Source: Verrucomicrobiota bacterium (GTDB lineage Bacteria; Verrucomicrobiota; Verrucomicrobiia; Chthoniobacterales; UBA6821). From it: DNA of 64,000 nt. Under the pieces are notes generated by a model. That model had not been told where the DNA came from, did not search any database, and was given only the letters and a program-made list of their open reading frames with translations. Shown piece by piece: positions 1 through 8,810 of the stretch. The DNA is taken from contig WBXH01000001.1 in the NCBI GenBank assembly GCA_008933015.1, positions 3,576-67,575 of the forward strand. The letters are read 5' to 3'. Position 1 is the stretch's first letter, and each line of letters begins with the position of its first letter. A program made the position numbers and the translations under genes.

Positions 1-89
1 CTGCCGGGATTACCTAATCCGGCCACAAGACGGATACCTGAGGATGAGGTATCCGGAGTCAAAAAAGGGGACTGGTTGAAATGCCTAGG

Positions 90-755
90 CTATTTCTTGG
101 CCTTGGAGGCATCAGCCCCCTCAACGGGCTTCTTCTCCTTGATCACCTCAGGGCCCTTGGAGGGCTCCGCTCCGGCGACCGGTGCCACCTCCACCTTGGA
201 CTCAGCCACAATGAAGACGGTAAGGTCAGCATCCGTGGTTGCGGAGACACCGGATGGAAGAACGATGTCACGGACATGGAGTGCCTGGTTGAGCCCCAAG
301 CTACTGACATCGACGCGGATGATCTCAGGAAGATCCTTGGGCAGACACTCGATGGCCAGCGAACGGAGGCTGTGTTCGAGAAGACCACCGAAGTTCTTGA
401 CCCCGTCCGCATCACCGAAGGCTTCAATGGGCACTTCTGTGTGAAGCATTTCATCCATGGCGACTTCAAGGAAGTCAACGTGGAGAATGTCGCCGCGCAC
501 GGGATGGTGCTGGACTTCCTGAATCAAGGAGAGCTTGGTGGCTGATCCGGCGATGTCGAGTTCCACAAGAATGTTCTCACCGATAGCATGCTTGAGGAGA
601 GCCGCGATCTCGCGGGTATTGATCTCAAGGTTGGCGGGCTGATCCTTGTGACCGTAGATCACGGCAGGAACGACACCGCGGCTGCGAAGGTGCTTGACGG
701 AGTTGCGGCCGACATCGGCGCGGGGCCGGGCGGAAAGTTTAACCTGTTTTGCCAT
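90..755 (-). CDS. rplY: 50S ribosomal protein L25 / general stress protein Ctc
   Basis: 221-aa ORF. The N-terminus (KLSARPR...GRNSVKHLRSRGVVPAVIYGH) is typical of the L25/Ctc family, with a long acidic/Lys-rich C-terminal tail. It sits next to prs, the conserved prs-ctc arrangement. Confidence 0.9.
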   Translation of the reverse strand: MAKQVKLSARPRADVGRNSVKHLRSRGVVPAVIYGHKDQPANLEINTREIAALLKHAIGENILVELDIAGSATKLSLIQEVQHHPVRGDILHVDFLEVAMDEMLHTEVPIEAFGDADGVKNFGGLLEHSLRSLAIECLPKDLPEIIRVDVSSLGLNQALHVRDIVLPSGVSATTDADLTVFIVAESKVEVAPVAGAEPSKGPEVIKEKKPVEGADASKAKK

Positions 756-793
756 AGATTTGGGAAGTTGGGACGATTGTTGCTGGAGTGCGG

Positions 794-1744
794 TTAGTGC
801 TTGAGCTGGAACAGCGAGCTGACCGACTCGCCTCCATGGATGCGGCGGATTCCCTCGCCGAGAAGTTCGGCTATGGAAAGAACCCGTACGCGATCACCCG
901 ATCCTTGTCGGACAGGGACGCTGTCGGTGGTGATGAGCTCCTTGATCTCGGAGCCCTCCAACCGCTGAACCGCTAAATCTGTCAGTACTGCGTGCGAGAC
1001 GCCAGCATAAATATCACCAACGCCCATGGTGCGAAGAATTTTTGCTGCGCTCGTCAGTGTTCCGGCCGTCTCGGTAATGTCGTCCAAGATCAGGACATTC
1101 TTTCCCTCGACCTCGCCGATGACATGGAGGGCGTCGACTTCGGTGGCATTGCGACGGCGCTTCACGACGATGGCTAGTCCTGCCCCAAGGGCCTCGGCGT
1201 AGGAACTTGCCATCTTGACTCCTCCGACGTCTGGGGAAACCACCACGAGATTTTCAATGTTCTTACGGCGAATGTAGTCGACCATCACGGGGAGGGCGTA
1301 GAGGTGGTCAACAGGAATGTCAAAGAATCCCTGCAACTGCTGGGCGTGCAGGTCCATGGTGAGCACCCGATTGACGCCAGCAGCGACCAGGATATTCGCC
1401 ACCAGTTTCGCGGTGATGGGCACCCGAGGCTGATCCTTGCGATCCTGTCTTGCGTAACCGAAGAAAGGGATAACCGCCGTGATCCTGTTGGCGCTGGCCC
1501 TGCGGGCGGCATCGACCATGATCAGGAGTTCCATGATGTTCTGGTTGCTCGGGGGGCAGGTAGGCTGAACAATAAAGACATCACGACCGCGGACATTGTC
1601 GTTGATTTTCACAAACGTCTCTCCGTCGGGGAACGAAGTCACAGTGGCATCTCCGAGGGGTTGCCCCAGGTAGTCTGCGATGTCTTGGGCAAGCTGACGG
1701 TGAGCTGATCCTGTAAAAATCCGAAGTTCGGGTGAGCCGTTCAT
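794..1744 (-). CDS. prs: ribose-phosphate pyrophosphokinase (PRPP synthetase)
   Basis: 316 aa. It has the motifs FPDGE, RQDRK, DLHA.Q.QGFF and a PRPP-binding loop (VLILDDITETAGTL). Confidence 0.95.
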   Translation of the reverse strand: MNGSPELRIFTGSAHRQLAQDIADYLGQPLGDATVTSFPDGETFVKINDNVRGRDVFIVQPTCPPSNQNIMELLIMVDAARRASANRITAVIPFFGYARQDRKDQPRVPITAKLVANILVAAGVNRVLTMDLHAQQLQGFFDIPVDHLYALPVMVDYIRRKNIENLVVVSPDVGGVKMASSYAEALGAGLAIVVKRRRNATEVDALHVIGEVEGKNVLILDDITETAGTLTSAAKILRTMGVGDIYAGVSHAVLTDLAVQRLEGSEIKELITTDSVPVRQGSGDRVRVLSIAELLGEGIRRIHGGESVSSLFQLKH

Positions 1745-1999
1745 GAAAGTTTTGATAGGTTACCTTCCAAAAGTCATCCCACGCACGCAGGAAATGGAAA
1801 ATCGACGTTTTTTATCGAAGTCATCCCCGAGTTATCCCGTTGAAAACTGTGTGTCAAAGAGATGACACTTGGGAACCGAAGCAAAGGAACGCTTCACTCC
1901 CGACGATTTCAAAATCGAGGAGGGGTTCTTTGGATCCGCCTAAATCTTTCAGCACCTCCTCTTGACGCAGAAGGAAGTTGAGCAATAAGAATAGGAGAC

Positions 2000-2626
2000 A
2001 TGGTTCATGCCTCACCAAGAGTGGTTTTAAACTTCCTCTCCTTCATTCTTTGCTCCTTCTTGCTTTCCGCATGCGCATCTTATGATGGTCGCTTAAATTC
2101 CAGCACCACTCAGTATCTCGGCACAGACGGCTCCATTGTTACCAGAACATCGACGTCATCTCTCTCCGAGCGTGCCTCCTATTGGGCCGGTGATTCGGTC
2201 AATGGCCCCGCAGCTATCGTGATCAAGCTGGGCGATCAAAAGCTTTACTATTACAAGTCGGGAAAACTCGTCGGAGTATCCGCCGTTTCCACGGGAAGGG
2301 AGGGGCATGATTCCCCAGTTGGTAAATTCAAGGTCCAACTGAAGGAAAAGGATCATGCCTCAAATCTCTACGGGGACTTCGTGGATGCCAACGGCAAGGT
2401 TATTGTCAAAAACGTCACTTACAAGGTCGACAAGGCCCCTCCTGGCACTCACTTCCAAGGCTCCTCAATGCCCTGGTTCATGCAGTTTGCACCAGGCGTG
2501 GGCATGCACACTGGGTTCCTACCCGGAGTGCCAGACTCCCATGGTTGCATTCGTCTGCCTGACAAGATGGCCAAAATCTTCTTCACGGTGACCCCGATCA
2601 AGACGCCCGTCACGGTAGAGAAGTAA
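2000..2626 (+). CDS. L,D-transpeptidase (YkuD domain) lipoprotein
   Basis: 208 aa. It has a signal peptide with a lipobox-like LLSAC, and the C-terminal catalytic motif SHGCIRLP of the YkuD family. Confidence 0.8.
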   Translation: MVHASPRVVLNFLSFILCSFLLSACASYDGRLNSSTTQYLGTDGSIVTRTSTSSLSERASYWAGDSVNGPAAIVIKLGDQKLYYYKSGKLVGVSAVSTGREGHDSPVGKFKVQLKEKDHASNLYGDFVDANGKVIVKNVTYKVDKAPPGTHFQGSSMPWFMQFAPGVGMHTGFLPGVPDSHGCIRLPDKMAKIFFTVTPIKTPVTVEK

Positions 2627-2713
2627 AATATTTCGGAGCCTACCTGCCAGCAAGTCGTAGATTGAGGCAAATGGGATTTCCCACGGGCTTTGGAATGAAT
2701 TAGAACTCCCGCC

Positions 2714-3814
2714 ATGAATTCCACGATCCCAGCGCCCCCAGAGATCCAAAAGGTTCGCGTTGCACTTGCCGCACGCCCCTATGAAGTTCTCATCAGCAAA
2801 GGGCTTCTCCCGATGGTCGGGGAATATTCCAGATACGTCATCAACCCATGCCACTGTGCCGTGATCACGGATGAAAACGTGGCGCCACTCCATTCCGGGG
2901 TAGTCATGGAGTCGCTCAAGAGCGCCGGCTTCGATCCTCATCTGGTTGTGATTCCTGCGGGAGAGCAATCAAAGTCGATGGTCTCCGCAACTGAACTCTG
3001 CGACCGGTTGATCGAATTGGGGCTCGATCGCGGGGGGGCTATCTTTGCCCTTGGAGGGGGTGTGATCGGGGATCTGGCGGGTTTTGTCGCCTCAATCTTC
3101 TACCGCGGCATTCCCGTGATTCAGATCCCCACCACGGTGATCTCCCAGATTGACAGCTCTGTAGGCGGAAAAACCGGTGTGAATAGTCACCTTGGCAAAA
3201 ATCTGATCGGCTCGTTCCACCAACCCCTCCTCGTGATTGCGGATACGGCGACACTTTCCTCCCTACCGGAGCGGATTTTCAGGGAGGGTCTTGCCGAGGC
3301 CATCAAACATGCGGTGATCGCCGATGCTTCACTTCTCTCAATCCTTCCTACGGATAGCACCAAGGATCTCACCCTGCTGATCGCGAGGAATGTAGCCATC
3401 AAGGCCTCCATTGTGGCAGCGGATGAGTTTGAGACCAAGGGCACGCGAGCCCTACTTAACTTCGGTCATACCATCGGACACGCCGTAGAGTCGGTAGCTG
3501 GTTACGGCGTTCTCTCCCACGGGGAGGCTGTTGCGATCGGCATGATCGCCGCCCTCGACCTCTCGGTCCGGTTGGCCGGGCTTCCCATTGCCCAGGCGGA
3601 GCAGGTTCTTGAAACCATCATGTCCTGCGGACTCCCTCACAAACTCCCATCGTCACTATCGACGGAGTTACTTCTAGCAGCCCTCCAACGTGACAAGAAA
3701 TTTGACCGGGGGGCCGTCCGCTTTGTGCTGACGTCTCAACTAGGATCGGCTCAGGTGAGTGACAAGGTGACGATTCAGGATCTCACGCAGTCCATCGATC
3801 GACTCCGCCCCTAG
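2714..3814 (+). CDS. aroB: 3-dehydroquinate synthase
   Basis: 366 aa. It has a GGGVIGDLAGF nucleotide-binding loop, IPTT...DSSVGGKTG, and FGHT.GHA metal ligands. Confidence 0.9.
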   Translation: MNSTIPAPPEIQKVRVALAARPYEVLISKGLLPMVGEYSRYVINPCHCAVITDENVAPLHSGVVMESLKSAGFDPHLVVIPAGEQSKSMVSATELCDRLIELGLDRGGAIFALGGGVIGDLAGFVASIFYRGIPVIQIPTTVISQIDSSVGGKTGVNSHLGKNLIGSFHQPLLVIADTATLSSLPERIFREGLAEAIKHAVIADASLLSILPTDSTKDLTLLIARNVAIKASIVAADEFETKGTRALLNFGHTIGHAVESVAGYGVLSHGEAVAIGMIAALDLSVRLAGLPIAQAEQVLETIMSCGLPHKLPSSLSTELLLAALQRDKKFDRGAVRFVLTSQLGSAQVSDKVTIQDLTQSIDRLRP

Positions 3815-3831
3815 TCACCAAGAGAAAGCTC

Positions 3832-5283
3832 TTAACCGGGGATGTTTTTCAGTAGTTCGGCGTTGGTCGGATAGCGCCGAATAAAGAAGAGGAGTCTCTC
3901 AATGGCCTCAATCGGCTTATGACCCGCCAGTCCCCGACGGATGACGTTGATCTTGTGCATTTCTTCCGGGGACAGGATGAGCTCCTCGCGCCGCGTGCCA
4001 GAAAGGAAAATATCGACAGCAGGGTAGATGCGCTGCTCGCTGATCTTCCGGTCCAGGACGAGCTCCATGTTGCCGGTTCCCTTGAATTCCTGGAAAATAA
4101 GATCGTCCATGCGACTGTTCGTCTCAATCAACGCCGTCGCCATGATCGTTAGAGAACCAGCTTCCTCGGTATTGCGTGCAGCGGCAAAAAGCTTACGGGG
4201 AATCTCCATTGCCCGGGAATCCATGCCACCGCTCATGGTGCGCCCGCCACCACCCATCGCATTGTTAAAGGCGCGGCCGATACGGGTAAGCGAGTCCATC
4301 AGGACAAAGACATCCTTACCCTGTTCGACAAGACGCTTGGCGCGGTCAACCGCGATCTGGGCAATGCGTGTGTGGCTCCGCAGGTCGCTGTCGTTCGAGC
4401 TCGCATAGAGTTCTGCCTGCGGGACCGTGCGACGGATCTCGGTCACCTCCTCCGGACGCTCGTCCACGAGCAGGATGATGAGCTTCACCTCAGGGTGATT
4501 CTTGACCACTGCATCGGCGATATGCTGAAGCAGGGTGGTCTTACCGGTGCGGGGGGGCGCCACAATAAGGCCCCTCTGACCCTTACCCACGGGAGTCATG
4601 AGGTCGATCACACGCGTGGTAAAACGTTCGGGCGTCGTCTCCAACCTGATGCGTTTGTTGGGACTGATGGTCGTGAGTTCCTCGAAGAGGGGGATATTCA
4701 CGTACTTTTCGGGATCGGCTCCTTCGATTTCAGTGGCACGGAACAACTGAATGCCGCGCGGGCCACGACGGGTCTCACCTTTGATGAGCACACCGTCGCG
4801 AAGGTTGTGCTGACGGATCACCTCGGGTGTGATGAAGATGTCATTCTGCGTGGCCGCGTAGGCACGTTTGGCCTCCCGAAGGAATCCGAATCCCTTTCCC
4901 GAGAGTTCTACAATACCCTCTGCAAAAGTCGGCTCTGGTGGCGGTCCATCCTGACGGACGGCATCGCCCTCCACGGGATTGGAGCCGGCAAAATCATCAC
5001 CCCCTGCCCCCTGATCAGCATGGGGAGCCTGATTTCTTCCCTCACCAGGACCGCGGTCATCCCCCCGATGGTTCCTGAACGGCCTGCGACCACGGGGGTT
5101 GCGACCACCTCCACGACGGGGTCGGTTAAATTGCCTTTCACCTTGGCCACCCTGGCCCTGCCCTCCGGAATCCCCGATGGGTTGGTCTGCAGATCCGGGA
5201 GCTGATGGAGTCGCGGGGCTTTCTTTCTGCGGGGATCCTGACTGGGGTGACTGTGAAGGTTGATTCTGTGGTTCGTCGCTCAT
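3832..5283 (-). CDS. rho: transcription termination factor Rho with an N-terminal disordered extension
   Basis: 483 aa. It has the CSD-like motif GKGFGFLRE, Walker A (PPRTGKTTLL), Walker B (LLVDERPEEV), and Q/R loops. The first ~118 aa are G/R/Q/P/D-rich low complexity. Confidence 0.95.
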   Translation of the reverse strand: MSDEPQNQPSQSPQSGSPQKESPATPSAPGSADQPIGDSGGQGQGGQGERQFNRPRRGGGRNPRGRRPFRNHRGDDRGPGEGRNQAPHADQGAGGDDFAGSNPVEGDAVRQDGPPPEPTFAEGIVELSGKGFGFLREAKRAYAATQNDIFITPEVIRQHNLRDGVLIKGETRRGPRGIQLFRATEIEGADPEKYVNIPLFEELTTISPNKRIRLETTPERFTTRVIDLMTPVGKGQRGLIVAPPRTGKTTLLQHIADAVVKNHPEVKLIILLVDERPEEVTEIRRTVPQAELYASSNDSDLRSHTRIAQIAVDRAKRLVEQGKDVFVLMDSLTRIGRAFNNAMGGGGRTMSGGMDSRAMEIPRKLFAAARNTEEAGSLTIMATALIETNSRMDDLIFQEFKGTGNMELVLDRKISEQRIYPAVDIFLSGTRREELILSPEEMHKINVIRRGLAGHKPIEAIERLLFFIRRYPTNAELLKNIPG

Positions 5284-5748
5284 GGGAAAAATTGGATTGG
5301 ATGCTTTATTAAAGTCTGACCTATCGATGAAGGGTGCTTGGTGGCTTGGGGACTGGATCTTTCGGGGAAATCTGAAAAGAAAACGGGGTTCCCATGGAGG
5401 AACGATTTCCTCGGAATTCCCGTTTACCGAATTTTTCTGGTGTCTTATGGATTGGATTCCCGAAAGGAATCCCTTCTCATGATCTGAGCTATCATTCCCT
5501 CGTAATGTCTAGTCGCCCGCAATCGGATTCACCCGTGTCTCAGCAACTCGCACTAAGCCGGTAACCTCCTGCGACAACGACCGAGCACGCCTTGGGGTTC
5601 TCTGCGTTGGATTGTGAAGATTTCGAAAAGCTTCTTTGGCAAATCATCTCACCCCGGACTTTGTTTGGGGAAAGGGCCTAGAAGACCGAAACTCTTCAAG
5701 AAGGGAAACAGATGACCGGCAGGTGTCAACGCTTTTTTCCAATCACCC

Positions 5749-6429
5749 CTAAAACTGCCATTCCTCACCGGGTTTGAGCAGATGCAAGCGGCGATTATTT
5801 TTAAGAAAGGCCTCTTTGGCCTCCTCATGATCAATGGCGATCAGCGGGAACGTATCGTAGTGGACGCCCAGAATGTCCTCACAAGCAAGCCATCCCGCCG
5901 CAACAACGGCCTCGGCCACACCCATCGTAAAATTCCCCCCCAAGCAAAGAGCGGCAAACTTCAGCGGGGAAGAGCTTTTGATCAACTTGATATCGTGATT
6001 CAGGGCCGTGTCGCCGCTGTAATAAAAGGATCCCTCCTGGGTCTCCAGGAGAAACCCTCCCGCCTGGCCTCCATAGGATCCGTCCGGCATGCTGCTGGAA
6101 TGGACGGACGTAGTAAAGGTGACCTTTCCGAAGTCAAAGTTCCAGGATCCGCCGGAGTTCATGGGATGAACTTTTTTTAACCCCTTGCTAGCAAACCAAT
6201 GGATCACCTCGTAATTGCCGATGAGGGTTGCTCCACTCGTCTGGGCGATCGTTTCAACATCAGCAACGTGGTCAAAATGCCCGTGCGTGAGGAGTATGTA
6301 ATCGGGGTGAAGTGACCCAATATCGATGTCGGAGGCCAGTGGATTCGGAGTAATAAAGGGATCAAAGAGCAGTGTCTTTCCACCCACGTTGACGGAAAAA
6401 CAGGCGTGGCCATAACTGGTGATCTTCAT
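5749..6429 (-). CDS. UPF0173-family metal-dependent hydrolase (metallo-beta-lactamase fold)
   Basis: 226 aa. The N-terminus is MKITSYGHACF and the motif LLTHGHFDHV (HxHxDH) is present. Confidence 0.75.
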   Translation of the reverse strand: MKITSYGHACFSVNVGGKTLLFDPFITPNPLASDIDIGSLHPDYILLTHGHFDHVADVETIAQTSGATLIGNYEVIHWFASKGLKKVHPMNSGGSWNFDFGKVTFTTSVHSSSMPDGSYGGQAGGFLLETQEGSFYYSGDTALNHDIKLIKSSSPLKFAALCLGGNFTMGVAEAVVAAGWLACEDILGVHYDTFPLIAIDHEEAKEAFLKNNRRLHLLKPGEEWQF

Positions 6430-6603
6430 ACCTGGATTCTGTCCCTAATCTTGCGGAAACGCCAAGAGCGAAGGAGAAACTTCTCTGCCGGGCAGAGAGC
6501 TATCGCTTGCACCAATGCCCCTTCAGACTCACTCTTGTCCGGACACAAAAGGAGGGGATCTCATGGATTTCTTGCCCTGTTCTGCTCCACTCCATTCAAA
6601 CCG

Positions 6604-8310
6604 ATGAACCTTGATCCGAATCAAAAGATTGCCGGCATCCTAATGCCACTGTTCGCGCTACGAGGCCGACATGACCTTGGCATCGGAGATACCGAAGCTC
6701 TCGGCGAGGCCATCACTTGGGCGGCTGAAAACAACTTCCGGGCGCTCCAGATTCTGCCGGTCAACGAGACGGGGGGGGATAACAGCCCCTATAATGTCCT
6801 GAGTGCTTTCGCCCTGGATCTCACAACCATCACCACTCACCCCTCCCGGCTTCCGGAACTGACTCCGGGCGACTACAGGACTATCGTGGAGCGTCATGAT
6901 CTTGAGGCCCTTCGCAAAGGGCCGGTCGATTATACTGCCGTCAAGGCTCTCAAGAGAGAACTCCTGGAAGCCGCATGGAAGCGCTTTAACAGAGGTGATG
7001 GGCGTAATGGACGGGGTAAACTTTTTTCGCACTTCCTCGAACAGCACTCCGGATGGCTACCTGATTACACGCTTTACCGCGTGCTGCTTGAAAGGAATGG
7101 AGGCATCGAGGATTTTACTTCATGGCCCCGCGGACAGCGGAGTGCCGAGGAGGCCAGGGTTTGGCTTTCCGGTCTCAATTCATCCGAGCGTCAGGCCTTT
7201 GAGGAAAGGCGTCTTTATTTTGCATTCATCCAGTGGATTGCTTTCTCACAATGGTCCATGATCGCGGATCTCGCCGACACTTTGGGCGTGGCCTTGATCG
7301 GGGATGTGCCAGTGGGGGTATCGGCGGGAGGTGCTGATGTCTTTGCCTCTCCGGGTCATTTCGATCTCACACGTTCCTGCGGAGCGCCTCCCGAGAAGGT
7401 CTTCAAGTCCGATCCCTTCACCGAGCAGTGGGGGCAGAACTGGGGATTCCCTCTTTACAGATGGGAAGTGATGGCGCACGGAAATTTCATTTGGTGGCGT
7501 AGGCGCCTGAGGCTTCTGCGCTCCATCTTCCACATGCTTCGAGTCGATCATGCGCTCGGTTTTTTCCGTATCTACAGCTTCCCCTGGCAACCTAGCCGCA
7601 ATTCTGAATTCACAGGACTTTCCGAGGAACAGGCCCGGGCACTTACTGGAGGGCCTCTTCCTGGATTCATCGATGTCGATGATGATACCACCGAGCATCG
7701 GGAGCATAACCGCTGCCATGGGGAGATCCTTCTCTCGATTCTGAACGAGGAAATAGGCAACCATAGGCTGATTGCCGAGGATCTTGGGGAGGTCGCTCCC
7801 TACGTTCGTCCCGTCATGAGTCAAATGGGGCTCCCTGGTTTCAAAATCCCGATGTGGGAACGCTTTGAAAGCGGTTTTATGATTCCGGCAAGCGCCTACG
7901 AGAGGATTTCCGTGGCAACCTATGCGACACACGATCATCCGCCACTGATCACTCTCTGGGAAGAATGGCAAAAGGGGGCGGTGAAGGAAGGGGACGAGGG
8001 CCTAGGTTGCCGGAAAATCCTGGATGAACTGCTGGATTTTGCGGGCCATCCTGAAATCGATAGGATGACCCCCTTTCCCGGGAAGGTTCACTTGGCGTTA
8101 TTGGAGGGCTTGCTCTCCTGTAACTCGTGGATCGTTATCCCCATGATCACGGATCTTTTTGCCTCCTCTTTAAGGTTCAATGTGCCGGGTGCCGTCGGTC
8201 TCGCAAATTGGACCGCACGACTTCCCGTACCGGTCTCAGATTGGAACCGACTCCAAGGAAGTCTTCTTTCAGACTGGCGTATGGCCGTCATCCGGCATGA
8301 CCGCCACTAG
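6604..8310 (+). CDS. malQ: 4-alpha-glucanotransferase (amylomaltase, GH77)
   Basis: GH77 motifs are present: GILMPLFALRG..GIGD, ILPVNE...SPY, LIGDVP.GV, RVDHALGF. I moved the start to the ATG at 6604 (MNLDPNQ). The tracked start at 6406 overlaps the upstream hydrolase and adds 66 non-homologous residues. Confidence 0.85.
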   Translation: MNLDPNQKIAGILMPLFALRGRHDLGIGDTEALGEAITWAAENNFRALQILPVNETGGDNSPYNVLSAFALDLTTITTHPSRLPELTPGDYRTIVERHDLEALRKGPVDYTAVKALKRELLEAAWKRFNRGDGRNGRGKLFSHFLEQHSGWLPDYTLYRVLLERNGGIEDFTSWPRGQRSAEEARVWLSGLNSSERQAFEERRLYFAFIQWIAFSQWSMIADLADTLGVALIGDVPVGVSAGGADVFASPGHFDLTRSCGAPPEKVFKSDPFTEQWGQNWGFPLYRWEVMAHGNFIWWRRRLRLLRSIFHMLRVDHALGFFRIYSFPWQPSRNSEFTGLSEEQARALTGGPLPGFIDVDDDTTEHREHNRCHGEILLSILNEEIGNHRLIAEDLGEVAPYVRPVMSQMGLPGFKIPMWERFESGFMIPASAYERISVATYATHDHPPLITLWEEWQKGAVKEGDEGLGCRKILDELLDFAGHPEIDRMTPFPGKVHLALLEGLLSCNSWIVIPMITDLFASSLRFNVPGAVGLANWTARLPVPVSDWNRLQGSLLSDWRMAVIRHDRH

Positions 8311-8434
8311 CAACTTCTTAGGGTTCTATTCATCCGTGCTTGCAATTCTCCCTTTCCGAGAGTAGGACATCCGATTCCTTTAATGCTCTCTAGCCTTCCA
8401 TTTCAGAGAAAAACCACTCCCACCTCCAATCATC

Positions 8435-8773
8435 ATGGCCAATCTAACCAAACGGGACCTCGTCGTCGCCATCAGCAATGAAACAGGTCTGATCCAGAGC
8501 GATGTCTTTAACGTGATCCAAAAGACCTTGGAACATATCACGGAAGCACTGGCCAAAGGTGACGGGGTCGAACTTCGTAATTTTGGGGTGTTTGAGGTGC
8601 GTTTGACCCGTTCCCGCATCGGTCGTAATCCCAATCTTCCAGATGTCGATGTCCCAATCCCCTCCAGGGCCACAGTCAAATTCAAGTCTGGAAAGATCAT
8701 GCGCCAACGCGTACTGCTCCGTACCGAAGAACTTAGAAATTCGACCGAGGTCAAATCAAGCGGCACAGAGTGA
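8435..8773 (+). CDS. HU/IHF-family DNA-binding protein
   Basis: 112 aa. The sequence TKRDLV..I......V..V......I...L..G..V.LRNFG.F.V........GRNP......IP....V.FK.GK fits the HU/IHF fold, and there is a short C-terminal extension. Confidence 0.8.
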   Translation: MANLTKRDLVVAISNETGLIQSDVFNVIQKTLEHITEALAKGDGVELRNFGVFEVRLTRSRIGRNPNLPDVDVPIPSRATVKFKSGKIMRQRVLLRTEELRNSTEVKSSGTE

Positions 8774-8810
8774 TCCCCCGGGATGATTCCTTCACTGTAG
8801 CAATCAACAG

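Noticed and set aside
31-55. A perfect 9-bp hairpin (CGGATACCT-N7-AGGTATCCG) downstream of rplY, and a similar 8-bp palindrome CATGCCTC-TTGG-GAGGCATG at 37766-37785 downstream of gyrA.
   Set aside because: Both are plausible transcript-end hairpins on the minus strand, but neither is followed by a convincing U-tract (TCTTGTGG and AGAGAGTTTCC). I did not call them as intrinsic terminators.
5293-5458. A 10-nt direct repeat TGGATTGGAT at 5293-5302 and 5449-5458 in the rho leader.
   Set aside because: There are only two copies of a short word, with no obvious pairing partner or known motif. I cannot distinguish it from chance without comparative data, so I mention it only in the context of the leader.
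6406-6603. Upstream extensions of tracked ORFs: malQ 6406, osmC 14955, clpB 18561, ftsQ 21885, murD 29885, rsmH 36959, mraZ 37453, bamA 44733, pckG 50625 and batE 53528.
   Set aside because: The extensions overlap neighbouring genes or RNA elements and add residues with no homology to the family N-termini. Internal ATGs give canonical N-termini, often with ATGA coupling to the upstream stop.
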